Shown piece after piece: positions 24,334-37,152 of a stretch of 64,000 nt of DNA. The first letter of the stretch is position 1. Each line of letters begins with the position of its first letter. The notes under the pieces were generated by a model. The model did no database searches. It was not told where the DNA came from and saw only the letters and a list, made by a program, of their open reading frames with translations. The DNA comes from Octopus sinensis (Eukaryota): assembly GCF_006345805.1 (NCBI RefSeq), contig NC_043009.1, positions 54,560,001-54,624,000 on the forward strand, written 5' to 3'. The position numbers and the translations under genes were made by a program.

Positions 24334-25656
24334 TTTATGTGAACTATAGCTTCATTGGATTATCGGAAATACAGCCTCGTTCTGAAACGTAAACAAAGTG
24401 GGTATACTACAAATTTCTTTTCTTTTTCTTTATTTCTCCATGATAAAAAGAAAATACTGGATAAACGTGGTTAGTTTCTCGTAGTTTCGCTAGCTTTCAA
24501 TAGCAATAAGGTAATAATTTCTTTTTAGGCAGAAAATATAGGTATTGTTTCACTGTTTGAGATGTAACACTTACAAACTAAAACATCGATCCTGTATACT
24601 GCCCAAGAAAATAAATAAAACCTGTTGTGTAACCACATTTTATATTTATTAAAGCTAATTACCTCACCTTTCATATTATCCTAAAATATTTTGTAACGAA
24701 CAGTTAATAAATCAGTCTGTTAATTAATTAACTAATTAATCCATGTTATCAGTGGATGCATTGTTATGTAAATTAGATAAACCAGTTCGGTTCTAACAGA
24801 CTTCATATATATATTATAGATAGTTATGAATTAACTCTTTTCTCTGAAGAAGAGATTAGCATTCTTTTTCTGATGAAAGTCTCACAAGACTAGAAACTAG
24901 ACAGATTCAACATTTTTCTGAATATAGAAATAAATAAAAATTCTGTTGATAAATCATTTTGTTTATTTTTCACAACGAGGTTGAATTACATGTTTGCTAA
25001 AAGGACATACCTTGCATTTCGAAATTTTATAAGCATATATATATAAATCATGGGCTCCAAACAAGAGAAAGAGCAATCAATGCACGTAATTGGGTTTATA
25101 AACGTATATACGTATATATGAGTGTGTATATGAGAGTAAGGCTTTCGAACATGACTTACAAACGATAAGACTATATTCTAGTTTAAACTTTGCTTATTAA
25201 GGGTTTTTTCGTATTTCCTTATTAATCCTTGCTTTTTCAGTTTGCAATAATGTCATTTCTAAACCTTTTAGTTCATTAACATTTCATGGCTATTTGTAGT
25301 CTCATCATCAGAATGAAGTGATGATAATAGCGACTTATTCGTGCGTTTTGACTTGGGCCGCAAGGTATGATGGAAATAATGTTATAAAACAAAAAATTGC
25401 CAACGCTAGATCTTAAAATTATACAATGCTTAAGTCTAAGCAAAGTTCATGATTATTTTTACGTATGGTATATATACATATGTGTGTGCGTGTGTGTGTG
25501 TATATATGTGTGTGTGCATGCGTATACATACGTATTTATATAGATGTATATGTTCACATTGATATATGCCTACACACACATACACATATATATGCACTCA
25601 CACACATATATATATTATATATATATATATAATATATATGTATGTATATATATATA

Positions 25657-25735
<79 letters not shown>

Positions 25736-26063
25736 TTGTTGAGTAAGATGGGTAGTGGATGATATACTAGTATTTTTGACCTGTGGCTCGACGACCCGAT
25801 ATTTTGTCGATATACACACAATAAAGGTGATGCGTGCGCGCGTGTGTTTGTGTATGCGCGCGTGCGCGCTTTTGTATATGTATGTATATATTTATGATGA
25901 TGTGCTGTGTTGGCATTTTAATGCATTTTACCTATTTGTCTCCTTAGTTTTCGTTTACCTTTTCACTATCTAACTATATATATCCATCTATCTGCCTCGC
26001 TAGCTATCTCTCTTACAATCTATTTCTCAAGATATGTTTCTTTATTAGCCACACAGGGCTGGA

Positions 26064-26064
<1 letters not shown>

Positions 26065-26155
<91 letters not shown>

Positions 26156-26164
26156 GAGATAGAT

Positions 26165-26233
<69 letters not shown>

Positions 26234-26234
26234 G

Positions 26235-26318
<84 letters not shown>
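26065..26318. repeat. (TAGA)n
   Basis: Directly visible; source of the IYLS-repeat ORFs. Confidence 0.97.
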
Positions 26319-26319
<1 letters not shown>

Positions 26320-26768
26320 GACATTATTATATTTATGTCTCCGATAAAGAAGATTTGTGTCTAATACAAATAGACTTCTCGTCTTCCTCATGGCACAGAA
26401 TACACACATTCATCTGTTTGAATTATTTTTAACACACAACACTAGTTTCTTCGGATTCTCCTGATTTATTTCTTCTCTCTCTTTCCATATTTAGAACATA
26501 TAGAGAGCGAGAGAATATAAATGTAAACATATATTCTAACAATATGTCTGTCTGTCTATCGTTGTATCAATGTCGATATGCGTAACTCAACCTGTTTATT
26601 TTTCTGACTGTCGATTCAATCTGTTTCTCCTTGTAGCCGTACCTGTCTGTCTCTAAAGAGGTTCATATTCTTAATTATATGTATACAACTGTTTGTATAC
26701 AATCCTGCATGTATTCTCATATTTACATTATGAATATACGCATATTATACATTTATGTAATATATATG

Positions 26769-26799
<31 letters not shown>

Positions 26800-26959
26800 T
26801 TGCGTATGCGTGAGCAGGCGCGCGTGTATATGCGTGTACATACGTGCATGTACGAGAGTATGTGCGTGTAATATGCGTGTATGTGCATGTATATGCGTGC
26901 ATATACGAGAGTGCGTATATAAATAAATACATCTTGCGTCTTTATTTATAGGCAGATGA

Positions 26960-26962
26960 GAT

Positions 26963-27032
<70 letters not shown>

Positions 27033-27162
27033 CAGACAGATAGACAAACAGACAAACAGATAGATAGATAGATAGATAGATAGTAGATAGATAGATAGAT
27101 AGATAGATATAGATAGATAGATAGATAGATAGACAGACAGACAAACAGATAGATAGATAGAT

Positions 27163-27241
<79 letters not shown>
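26960..27241. repeat. (TAGA)n/(CAGA)n
   Basis: Directly visible. Confidence 0.97.
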
Positions 27242-27899
27242 CAACATAAATAAGCAAAGATAATCTTACCACTGTTGCGATGGTATGTTGAAATCGTGAT
27301 AATCTTGTCACTGCTCTGTTATTCCGCTGTTCACCTCTCGTGTGCGTCGCCTATCGCTCTATGTGTGCGTGTGTATGCATCTGTGAATATCGATGCGCGT
27401 GTGCGCGTGCGATGTGAGTTCCCGCGCGTGTGTATGTGTGTCTGTGTGTGTGTGTGCATATATATGTGTGTGTGTGTGTGTGTATGCGTGTACGTGTGTG
27501 TGTATATGTCTGTGTGTGTGCAGAACAGCACTACCTTGTTGGCTTTCTGCTGCAACATGGATGAGAGTGGAAGTTACCGCTGCTGCTGCTCCTACGCTGC
27601 TGCTGCTGCTGCTATTGCTGCTGCTACGGCTGCTGCTGCTGCTGCTAGTTGCTGGTTTTTGTTGATGGTGACAATGGTGGTGCTAGCTAAGGGTAGACGG
27701 GTGGTTGGTAAATTGGTATGTTATATGTAAAAACTCGGTGGCTACTGCGGTTGATCGAGCAGGCCTATAATCAAAGCCGTTTCAAATATGACCATCCTGT
27801 ACGATTTGGGACATCGAAGACATCATGCGACTCTGAAGCAAATTTGACTACTATTTCTAACAGTTCGAGCAACCACTAGAGGCTCTCTCGTTGACTCTT

Positions 27900-28590
27900 G
27901 GTGATTATAGTAAGTAGTTGTGGTGGTGGTAGTGGTAGTGGTGGTTTTGTGATGGTTGTTGCTGTTGATGTTATGGTGATGGTGGTGCTAGCGATTACAG
28001 TGATTGTTTTTGTTTCGGTGGTAGTGGTGGGGGGGGGTAGCAGCATTTGTGGTGGTGGTGGTGGTAGTGGTGGTGGTGGTAGTGGTGGTGGTGGTGGTGG
28101 TGTGGTGGTGGTGTGGTGGTGGTGTGGTAGTGGTGATTGTTGTTGTTTTCGATGTGGCGGTGATGTGGTGGCTTTGATGTCGGTGGTGATGGTTTGGGTG
28201 GTGGTGGTGGGGTTGGTTGTGGGGGGAGTGTCGATGGTAATTGTGGGGGTAATGGTGGTGGCGTTGGTCTTGATGATGATGGTGGTAGTGGTTTGTGTGT
28301 GGTGGCGGTGGTCGTGGTGGTCGTGGTTGGGTGGTGGTTGTAGTGGTTGCTCTAGTGGTGATGGTAGCAGTTGTGGTGTTAGTGGTGATGGTTGCAGTGG
28401 TGTGGGTAGTTGTGGTGGTGGTTGTAGGGGTAGTCGTTGAGGTGATGGTGGGGGTTGTAGTGTCGGTGGTGGTGAAGATGAGGGCGGTGATGGTGGTGAT
28501 GGAGGTGGTGGCGGTGATGGTGATGGTGGTGGTGGTGGTGGTGGTGGTGGTGGTGGTGGTGGTGGTGGTGGTGGTGGTGGCGGTGCGGTG
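27900..28590. repeat. Degenerate (GGT)n-rich low-complexity tract
   Basis: Near-continuous GGT/GAT/GTT triplets ending in pure (GGT)n. Confidence 0.92.
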
Positions 28591-29653
28591 GCAGTACTCG
28601 TGGCACTGTGTGTAATATACGTCATAGTGATCGAAAAATCTCCGAAGTTTTTAGTTGTTTTGGTATTCATCTTTGTTTAATAGAAAGTTGTGGAATGTGA
28701 TAGATCTGAGTGAAGACGGGCAGACTGGCAGACATGCGGGCGGGCAGACAGACATACAGACAGGCAGGGAGACAGACAGACAGACAGGCAGGGAGGCAGG
28801 CAGGCAGGCAGGCAAGCTGACTGACAGATATAGTGTGAGATAGACAGACGGACGCGGGGAATCAGAGAGATAGACATACAAACAAATAGAGACTAACAGA
28901 TGAAGCTGAAACAGATAGATATATATAGATATATATAGAGATAGAGAGGTATTTTGAGACAATCAGAGAGACACCGACAATCAGAGAGACTTACGAGCAA
29001 ACAGAGAGGTATATAGAGATATATCGAGAGAGAGAGAGAGAGACAGATAGTGACAGAGAGGCTGGTTAACGTACGTTGAGACAGAAAGATAAAGATTGAC
29101 GTAGACAGAGATAAACGTTTGTTGCATGGTGATAGGCAGAGTAGAAAATAGAAATATACAGAGCGGGAGAGAAAGAGAAAGAGAGAGAGAGGGGGGGAAC
29201 AGCGAGTAAGAGAATTGACAAAGAGAGAAACGGAAAGGAAGGAGTTTGTGACATGAAAAATAGACAGAAAAGTATTAGGATTTCGAAAGAAGTGGGAGAA
29301 TATAAGGGGAAGACGTAGTTGCTTTTCCTCATTGTTATATGTCCATTATCTCTACCTTCTCCCCATCTGCTGTCCTTTCGCATATCAAACAGTGGGGAAA
29401 GAAAAAAAAGAGACGATAAAAGAAGGTGAAGAGCAATGATTGAAGCGGTATAACGTAATCGTAGCGACGGAGCTAGATGTTACACCTAAGACATTCCTCC
29501 ATCTTAGTATAGGCAGCAGCGAGGTGAGAGTTCGCCAAGAGGATAAGGAGGAAACGTTGTAGAGATTTATGAGGGGGAAAAGGAGAGGGGGAGAAGATGC
29601 AAAGGTAAAAGAAAGAATGCAAAGAGGAAGGAAACGTCGAATGAGTGTCAATG

Positions 29654-29881
<228 letters not shown>

Positions 29882-29914
29882 TTGTGTCTGCTTCTATCAA
29901 CATGAAAGAGTGGC

Positions 29915-29954
<40 letters not shown>

Positions 29955-30400
29955 TTCTCAAGAAGTATATGTATGTAAACCTTTGTGACGGATTAGAAAG
30001 TGTATATATATATTTAATCCAGAAACTCTGCAGGTGTATAGTTATGTAAGTGTACGCGTTGTGTATGTGTATATATATGCGCGTGTTATGTTTTGTGGTA
30101 CGATTACGGTGCTAATGTAAATATATTAAGCGCCATTTTAAATGCATTTTCATTATGACCTATGTGCTGTGACGATAAGCCTCCTTCGTTCGATGATGAA
30201 ATCTCGGTTAATTCTCAACCGAATTAACTGCTCCTGCAAGACGTTGAGCAGTTATGTGTAACCTTAACACAATTCTCGGGCAGAACCGATGTAAAATGGT
30301 GTTACAAGGCTGTACCTATTGAAATACAAATACAATACCAGGTCTGTGTCCGTCACTACAAGGTCCAGGCTTTGTTGAGGTATGATAGCTTGTATCATTC

Positions 30401-30535
30401 AATGACCCTGACAGCTATGCCAGCGGAGCGCAAGCTCCCTGTAGGGACTCCCCTGCTGGACTGGGCAAAGGATAGGGGCAGGACTAATATGGACCATTTT
30501 CCAGTAGTAAAAATGGGTTTGCGTAGAGCCATTGA
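30401..30535 (+). mobile_element. RTE-type LINE 5'UTR motif (candidate ribozyme region), copy 1
   Basis: atgaccctgacagctatgccagcggagcgcaagctccctgtaggg..ggactgggcaaaggataggggcaggactaa; homologous to 54427-54565 and similar to recalled RTE 5'UTRs. Confidence 0.5.
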
Positions 30536-31919
30536 TCCATTGATACAGAAAAAAAAGCAAAGCTACAGAAGCATTGATAATAATTCAAAACCAACAAAAC
30601 CTGGGAGAACTTCCCTCAGAGCAACATGAATGACCCTCATAAAGAGGAAGTGGTTCTGAAAAGACAGTCCAAAATCAAGAACACTAGTAAACAGTCATTG
30701 ATGGTCTATGCTGCATAGGGAGCGGAAGGCTTAAAAAAATAACTTCTGGCCAGATTTTGTGCACCCAATTTCATTCAGAAAGTAGGGGACATTTTCCCAA
30801 GATGTCACGCATGGAAATTGAACTCAAGATATCATGTTTGCGAACCAAACTTCTTAACAATTCGGCCATACTGCTTCTATCGACCAATATGTATATCGGA
30901 TAAAATCTGAAAGCTAAGGAAAGTGTAGATAGTCTGTGCCTGCGAATAATTAATCAAGAGTTTATAGAAGAGTTTATTAAGTTTAATTGCTCTGGGGAGC
31001 TTAAAAACCTAACGTTTCAGACATTTGTCTTTTATCAGAAAATGAAGTAGTATGAAAAAAGTAAGCTGAAGGTAAATAAATGCATGTGTATATGTCTATA
31101 TGTGTGTATGTGTATGACGCTTTACATTGCGGTGTCAGGCATATTTGTCAATACTGCCATTCTCACTGATAATTTGATCACGTATAATATTTCTTTTCCC
31201 ACCTACTTTTTCCACTTGATATAACGCTTAAAGACACCAATAAATAAACGAGTATTGTACTTTGCTACTATTAATACTGCTTATTTTAACCAACCACAAT
31301 TATAAATACAGTAATCTATCAATACTTTCAATCACAAAACACCAGTATGTCCTTTTTTTCCAGATTATTGAATTATTTTCCGCTTTATATTTGATAAGGT
31401 GGATTTTTCCCGAAATACAATAGAAGCAGTAAATAGCCTTTGTAAGTTAATACAATATCTAGTCTTTATTTTATTTATTTTATTTATTGGTATCACCTTA
31501 CATATTTTGGCTTATCTTCTTATTGTTTAATTTTTTTATCAATATTTGTATCATTTACATCAATAAATATTGCAGCGCAAAGTAATCACAAAAGACTTGA
31601 CATCAACCCTCGTAATATCGTCTACCATACTATTTCATCCTCCTTCCCTCTTTTTTATGGCATTGTTAGAGGATGGCCTACAATGCTTACGGTCTTTGCA
31701 AAGAACTCTTGGTTTATTGAGAAAGAAGGAAGGGCGTTATTCTCAAACCCAAATGCTTGCAACAGAATGGAATCTTTCTAAAAGTCCCCAAGTGCCAGTC
31801 AGTGATATCAATAACATTTATGGAATAAATAAACAGTTCTTTAGAGAGTTTTTAGAGAGTTCTTTCATCTACCTCTGAAATGTATAGACTTCTTTTGGTG
31901 AGCTCTTCTTTTATTCACC

Positions 31920-32794
31920 AGTCTGCGTGTGTATCGAACTCAAGAGCTTAATGAGATATTTAGCCCAAAGTAAGGAACCCTTGCTAGAAAAAATTGATAG
32001 AAAATGAATGATTCATTTTCTATCAATTTTCACTAGCAAGGGTTCCTTACTTTGGGCTAAGTATTTCATTAAGCTCTTGAGTTCGATACGCACGCAGTCT
32101 TCCACACTCATCAGCCCCTTTATTCCATTTGCTCTCTTCATGTATAGGCGATCAGTGTCTGCACGTGAATGATGGGCTCCATGCATCGTTAGGAGCTTTC
32201 TTGACTTCCTGTCCATTTCCTTTAGCTCTTCCTCTCTCCACTTCATGATTCCAGCGCCATGCCGAACTAAACTACTGCAACTGTGCCCGACTTTATTGCC
32301 GAAATTAAGTTTCTGGCATTCAGCTTTGAAGCCAATAATTTTCTCACTCACCGCAGGTACTCATGTTTTATCTTTTTCTTCGTTGTGTTTGATTCCATCT
32401 GCTTCAAATATTCCCAAGCATTTATAGCTGGATTGAGGTTGAATTGCCTTTATCATTTCACCACTTGGCAACCATATACCATCTGTCCTGGCAAGCTGCC
32501 CTCGTCTCATCACCATCGTCGCACATTTTGAGAGTCCAAACTCCATCTTAATATCATTGGAGAAAATCCGCACAGACTGGACTATGCTATCTAGTTCTGC
32601 CTCGGATTTTGTGAATAACTTCAGGTCGTCTATGAATAGCCAGTGATTCAGTTTTCCCTTACCTGTTCCCAGATCATACCCCAAATTTATTTTCTGTAGT
32701 ATTTCACTCAAGGGGATCATTCCCAGCACGAATATCAGTGGGGAAGCACTGCTCCCTGGAAGATTCCTCTCTTGATTTTCACCTTTGATTTTTC
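31920..32794 (-). mobile_element. R4/Dong LINE RT fragment starting at (TAA)n and ending in a fold-back
   Basis: KVKIKRGIFQG..SPLIFVLGMIPL, KLNHWLFIDDLKLF (RT catalytic motif), MEFGLSKCA and ELKEMDRKSRKLLTMHGAHHSRADTDRLY. Confidence 0.92.
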
Positions 32795-32853
<59 letters not shown>

Positions 32854-32897
32854 TATTATTATTATTATTATTATTATTATCATTATTATTATTATTA
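32795..32897. repeat. (TAT)n microsatellite
   Basis: Directly visible. Confidence 0.97.
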
Positions 32898-32902
32898 ATT
32901 TA

Positions 32903-33110
32903 AAGGCGACGACCTGGAAGAATCGTTAGCAAGCGAAATGCTTGACGGTATTTCGGCCATCTTCACTTTCTGAGTTCAAATTCCACCGAGGTCGTCTTTG
33001 CCTTTCATCCTTTCGGAGTCGATAAAATAAGTACCAATTGAACACTGAGATCGATGTAACCGACTTACCCCTACCCCCAAAATTACTGGCCTTGTGCCAA
33101 AATGTGAAAT
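32903..33110 (+). mobile_element. SINE family A2
   Basis: Family A core plus ccccaaaattactggccttgtgccaaaatgtgaaa tail. Confidence 0.82.
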
Positions 33111-33452
33111 CATTCTTCTTCTTATTATTATTATCATTCATATACTCACAACAGATTAGACTGTTGGAAAAATAAAAATTCCTTACATCGGATTACAAAA
33201 AGTAACCTCGGATGCCAAGAACCCTCCTCAGAATCCTAGCTGTTCCTAATAACACTGTTTTCTGCAGCTGTACTAAACTGGATTTTATACCCATTTCCTC
33301 TATCCATCTGTTCAAATCTTTAGGGATAGTTCCTAATGCCCCTATAACTACTACGATACATTTTACTCGCACTTTTCATAGTCGCTGTACTTCAATGGCT
33401 AGGTCCTGGTACTTTGCTATTTTACTATACCCCTCATATTGATTTTTTTCCT

Positions 33453-33560
33453 CATTACCTCCACCAAGGAAGGTAATGTTTTCATCGATGTTGGTTTGGC
33501 CGTCTGTCTGTTTGTGTGCAAAATAACTCAAAAAGTTGTGAACAGTATTTGATGAAACTT
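33453..33560 (+). mobile_element. Helentron/HINE (DINE-1-like) terminal fragment
   Basis: Terminal stem-loop attacctcc-accaa-ggaaggtaat followed by gtctgtctgtttgtg..ataactcaaaaagtt..tttgatgaaactt. Confidence 0.65.
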
Positions 33561-34508
33561 GCGTTCCTCTAGCCTTCTTCCTACAACCTTTCTGTTCTTC
33601 TGGTAGTAAATTCTGGCTGTCAAGGTGCTCGTAATTGCTTTCCGAAAGCATTCCTGTTAACATCTTACACACTAGTGAAAGCAAGTGATTGGCCTATAAT
33701 TGCTAGCTGCATTACCCTTTCTTTTGCCTTTCATAAGGAGTATAGTTCTCCCTCTAGTCATCCAATCTAGTATTATGCCTCCATTAAGGCAATCCTGAAG
33801 TTGCTCCCTCAGCCTGTCATGAAGGCTACTAAATGTCTTTAACCAGTACCCTTGCACTAAATCTAGGCATGGCCCCTTTCAATTCGGTATTTTCCAAACA
33901 CTTTTCTCATTAATGCACAAGTTAATGTTAGATCTGGTTGCTTCTCACTCATTAGTTCTTCCCTCATTTTTTTTAACCATACTGCATCTTCATTATGATT
34001 GAGTAGCTTATCTCAAATATTAATCCAGAACTTACTAGCTTCTTCTGCATTAGGTTTCTTATCTTCAGTACTTTATTTTCCACTATTTATTTGGTTATAA
34101 AATCTCCTCTAGTCTGTCTCATATAATCTATTCTGTTGATATTGATCTTTTCTGACATCTGGAAAGCTTTCCTACTACTGCTATGATATGCTGTTTCAAC
34201 TCTTCTATGACTGTCTCAAATTCTTTCTCTTTGACTAAGTATCTTTTCTCAAAAGAAAATTGAGATCTTGTGTTTCCTAACTTGTTCAGTTTGCAGGCTT
34301 CTATTCTACTCAGATCTTGTCTTAGAATTTTCACTTTATTTTGTAGTCTCCTTTTCCACATTTGCTCTTTTCTAATCTTTCCTTCTGGAATATTTAATTT
34401 TCTAGTAACTACTACCACTCCTGCATAAATCAATAAGTTAGTGTCACCTATATTTTTAGTATCTATTCTACTGATAACAGAATCTACTTTCCTAGTCATA
34501 TCTAGCAA

Positions 34509-35011
34509 CAATATTATTATTAGACTGAATATGCTTGATGCACGAACTGATGAACAAGCTATTCACTGAATTTTGACACGGAGAATATATCCCAGTTGTT
34601 GGCAAATGGCGTGTATACACCTAGATCAGCTTGTAGGCCATCTACCTAGACTATGGGATGTTAACATTTTGGGGTAGTTGCCTCTTCATTAGTCACAGAC
34701 ACTAAGCAAACGGCACTACAAGCTGAATTAAGAGATTACCTCTCTTATGCTTTTCCTGTCACCGTACGAAGTTAAAAGCATAAGAGAGGTAATCTTAATT
34801 CAGCTCGTAGTGTCGTCTGCTTAGTGTCTATGACTGAAGAGGAGATAACTACTTCGAAATCCTACCAGCTCACAGTCTATGTAGATGGCGCTAATCTACG
34901 TGTATACACATCATTTGTCAACAAACTGGATATATTCTCCGTGACAAAACGCAGTATCTTGTTCCTCAGTTCGAACGAACATCAAGCATATTCGGGCTGA
35001 TAATAACATTG
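34509..35011. mobile_element. 503-bp fold-back (whole-length palindromic) MITE with 3-bp TSD CAA
   Basis: Arms 34509-34754 and 34774-35011 are inverted; CAA at 34506-34508 and 35012-35014; removing the element and one TSD gives ggg aaa ttg cta gat atg (GKLLDM) in the R4 frame. Confidence 0.85.
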
Positions 35012-35959
35012 CAATTTCCCTTATCACTGCTTAATGATTCCCCTCTGTAATACCAAGCAGCTTTCTTTTGTTGGTACCTTTCTAATGTTGGCACCCTGTT
35101 TCTTACTTCTTTACTCATTACTTCCTGCAACTCATCTAAAATCTTTTGATCTTCCTCACTTAAATCACTTAAATCGCAGGCGCCAATTGTCCCTTCCTTA
35201 TTGGTAGTGCTATTAATATTTTTCTCTAGGTTCTTCTTTAGTTTGAACTGTATCTCTTATGTTGTTGATTTTCCTACTGCCTGTCCTTTCTTTTCCAGTC
35301 CTCTTGTGATCTCTTCTACCTCCAATTCTGTCGTCCACTTTCTTCTCCTAATAGCGTTAGCTTGATCTACTAGTCTCTGCTCAGATGGTTTAAACATACC
35401 CTTCTCTACCCAAAGTGTTAACATCCGTTTTTTATAAACCCTTTCTTTTAGGTTCACTTTCTAAGTAGCACTGCATCACAACCCTGTTTTCTTCGCTGGC
35501 CCACTTCTTCGTCATAACTCCATTATCTGCTGACATTGTATTAGGGTAACACCTGTGATCAGTCTGCATCTTTACAGAACCACTGTCGAGCGAGAGGCCT
35601 TCCCTTAAAGGTTCAACCTCATTTTCGCAGTTACAACCATAGTTTATACGCAAACTCTTATCTTTCATAGACTGAGGTAAGGTAACGTTCGTCACCATCA
35701 TCATCACCACTATTATTATTCGACATCTGATATTTTCAAGTTACTTTCTATTGCATCACTTGCTGTACTTCTGTGCCTGTTGGGTGTGTGCTTCATTTTT
35801 TTTTCTTTGGGGAATATTGCATTGCATTAGTGTTTTGTTATAGGGTTTGGTTTGAGTCATCTGTTGTATTAGCTTTCGTATTGTGTTGCTTGTGCAGTGC
35901 AGATTGTGTTCTTCTGTTGGGTATCGGACTTCTATGGCACATATTGTGGGGTTTGTTCA

Positions 35960-36370
35960 CTTACTGTATGAGTTTATTCCTGTATGTTTTGGAGGAGTGT
36001 TGTATAGTAGTGTGGGTAAATCATAAATCAACCATTTCATTGTATTCATAATTATCTGTTCATCGTTCTTTTTTACGGGATGGGGGTTGCTATTTGTTTG
36101 GGCAGTGACATTAAAATATAGATCCGTCACTACAGCGTTTACTTTTTGACAGCACAGCGCCCATGTACATGTGTTGATGTTTCTTTCGTATTTACAATTA
36201 TTATTGATGTATAAACGAGAGACGGAGAAAGAACAGTAATATACATATAGAGGGGGGATTTGTACAGATATATATATGAGTGCACATGTTATTAATATTT
36301 TACTCACAGGTTTACAGTCTTCGTATAGAGATATTGCGGTAGTCCATGTGTCTACATTTTCACACATGTT
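35960..36370 (-). mobile_element. Possible L1/Tx1-like RT-thumb relic
   Basis: TWTTAISLYEDCKPVSKILITCALIYISVQIPP loosely fits W..R.LSL.GK..I..LI.S.LIY...PP; weak. Confidence 0.28.
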
Positions 36371-36423
36371 TTGATTTGTTGTGGCGACGCATCTGAAGGA
36401 AGTTATTATAAATATATATATAT

Positions 36424-36752
36424 AACGAGATGTCACAAAAACGTCTTAGACTTAATCTTCAGCAATCACACTGATACTATCCACAATATTGCAGTGGAGA
36501 AAACCCTACTCTCCGACCATGACATGGTTCTCTGTGATCTGAGATTTCACTGGCTAAAATGCAAAACAAATGTCATCCCTCCTGTTCATCCATTTGACAC
36601 TATGGATTTCCACAATGCAAACTGGGAAGCGATCAATAATGATCTTGCACAAGTCGATTGGTCCTTCACGCACACATACACACCCACTAACATCAAAAAG
36701 TCCTGGCAGTCACTTGTAGACACCATCACGAACATATGTGCAAGACACACCC
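36424..36752 (+). mobile_element. CR1/L2/Jockey-group LINE fragment (APE C-terminus and linker)
   Basis: TRCHKNVLDLIFSN..IHNIAVEKTLLSDHDMV (LDL..SDH) then DFHNANWEAINNDLAQVDW; TA-rich repeats on both sides. Confidence 0.85.
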
Positions 36753-37011
36753 CATATATACATATATATATATAAATATATAAATACATACATACATACA
36801 TACATACATACATACATACATACATACATACATACATACATACATACATACTCTTTCAATTTCCTGGGATGGTTTACATTAAAACATAGCTTTCTCTCAT
36901 TGTTTTTGCGAATTCTTAGTTCCTGCTTCGTAGTGGTTTCAGATCTGATGTATCTTCCCGGCAGCTCACTGTCACAGGTCCATGCTATTTTTTATTCGCC
37001 GCGGTATTCGG

Positions 37012-37152
<141 letters not shown>

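Larger units (their letters stand above)
33140..35710 (-). mobile_element. Internally deleted R4/Dong LINE (N-terminus, early RT, then REL C-terminus)
   Basis: KWASEENRVVMQCY, DTNLLIYAGVVVV, WKRRLQNKV, GYWLK..WMTRGRTILLMK..NYRPITC and PEEQKGCRKKARGT, then KIAKYQDLAIEVQRL..VIGALG..LQKTVLLGTARILRRVL. Confidence 0.9.

Noticed and set aside
24510-24547. Possible micro-exon tttctttttag|gcagaaaatatag|gtattg
   Set aside because: Common by chance in AT-rich DNA; no supporting gene context.
27876-28670. 264-aa Pro/Thr-rich (extensin- or formin-like) ORF and Gly/Val-rich opposite-strand ORFs
   Set aside because: Translations of a degenerate (GGT)n tract that is open in several frames on both strands, with no domain or splice support.
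30100-30340. Homeodomain-site-rich unique DNA suggesting an enhancer (also 2880-3130, 24600-24800, 62700-62900)
   Set aside because: TAAT/ATTA words are expected at this AT content; regulatory function cannot be supported without conservation or chromatin data.
35957-36436. 159-aa ORF with a GPCR TM6/TM7-like hydrophobic stretch and a GTAAGT near its end
   Set aside because: No conserved GPCR motifs (CWxP, NPxxY); it lies between LINE fragments and fits an L1-type relic at least as well.
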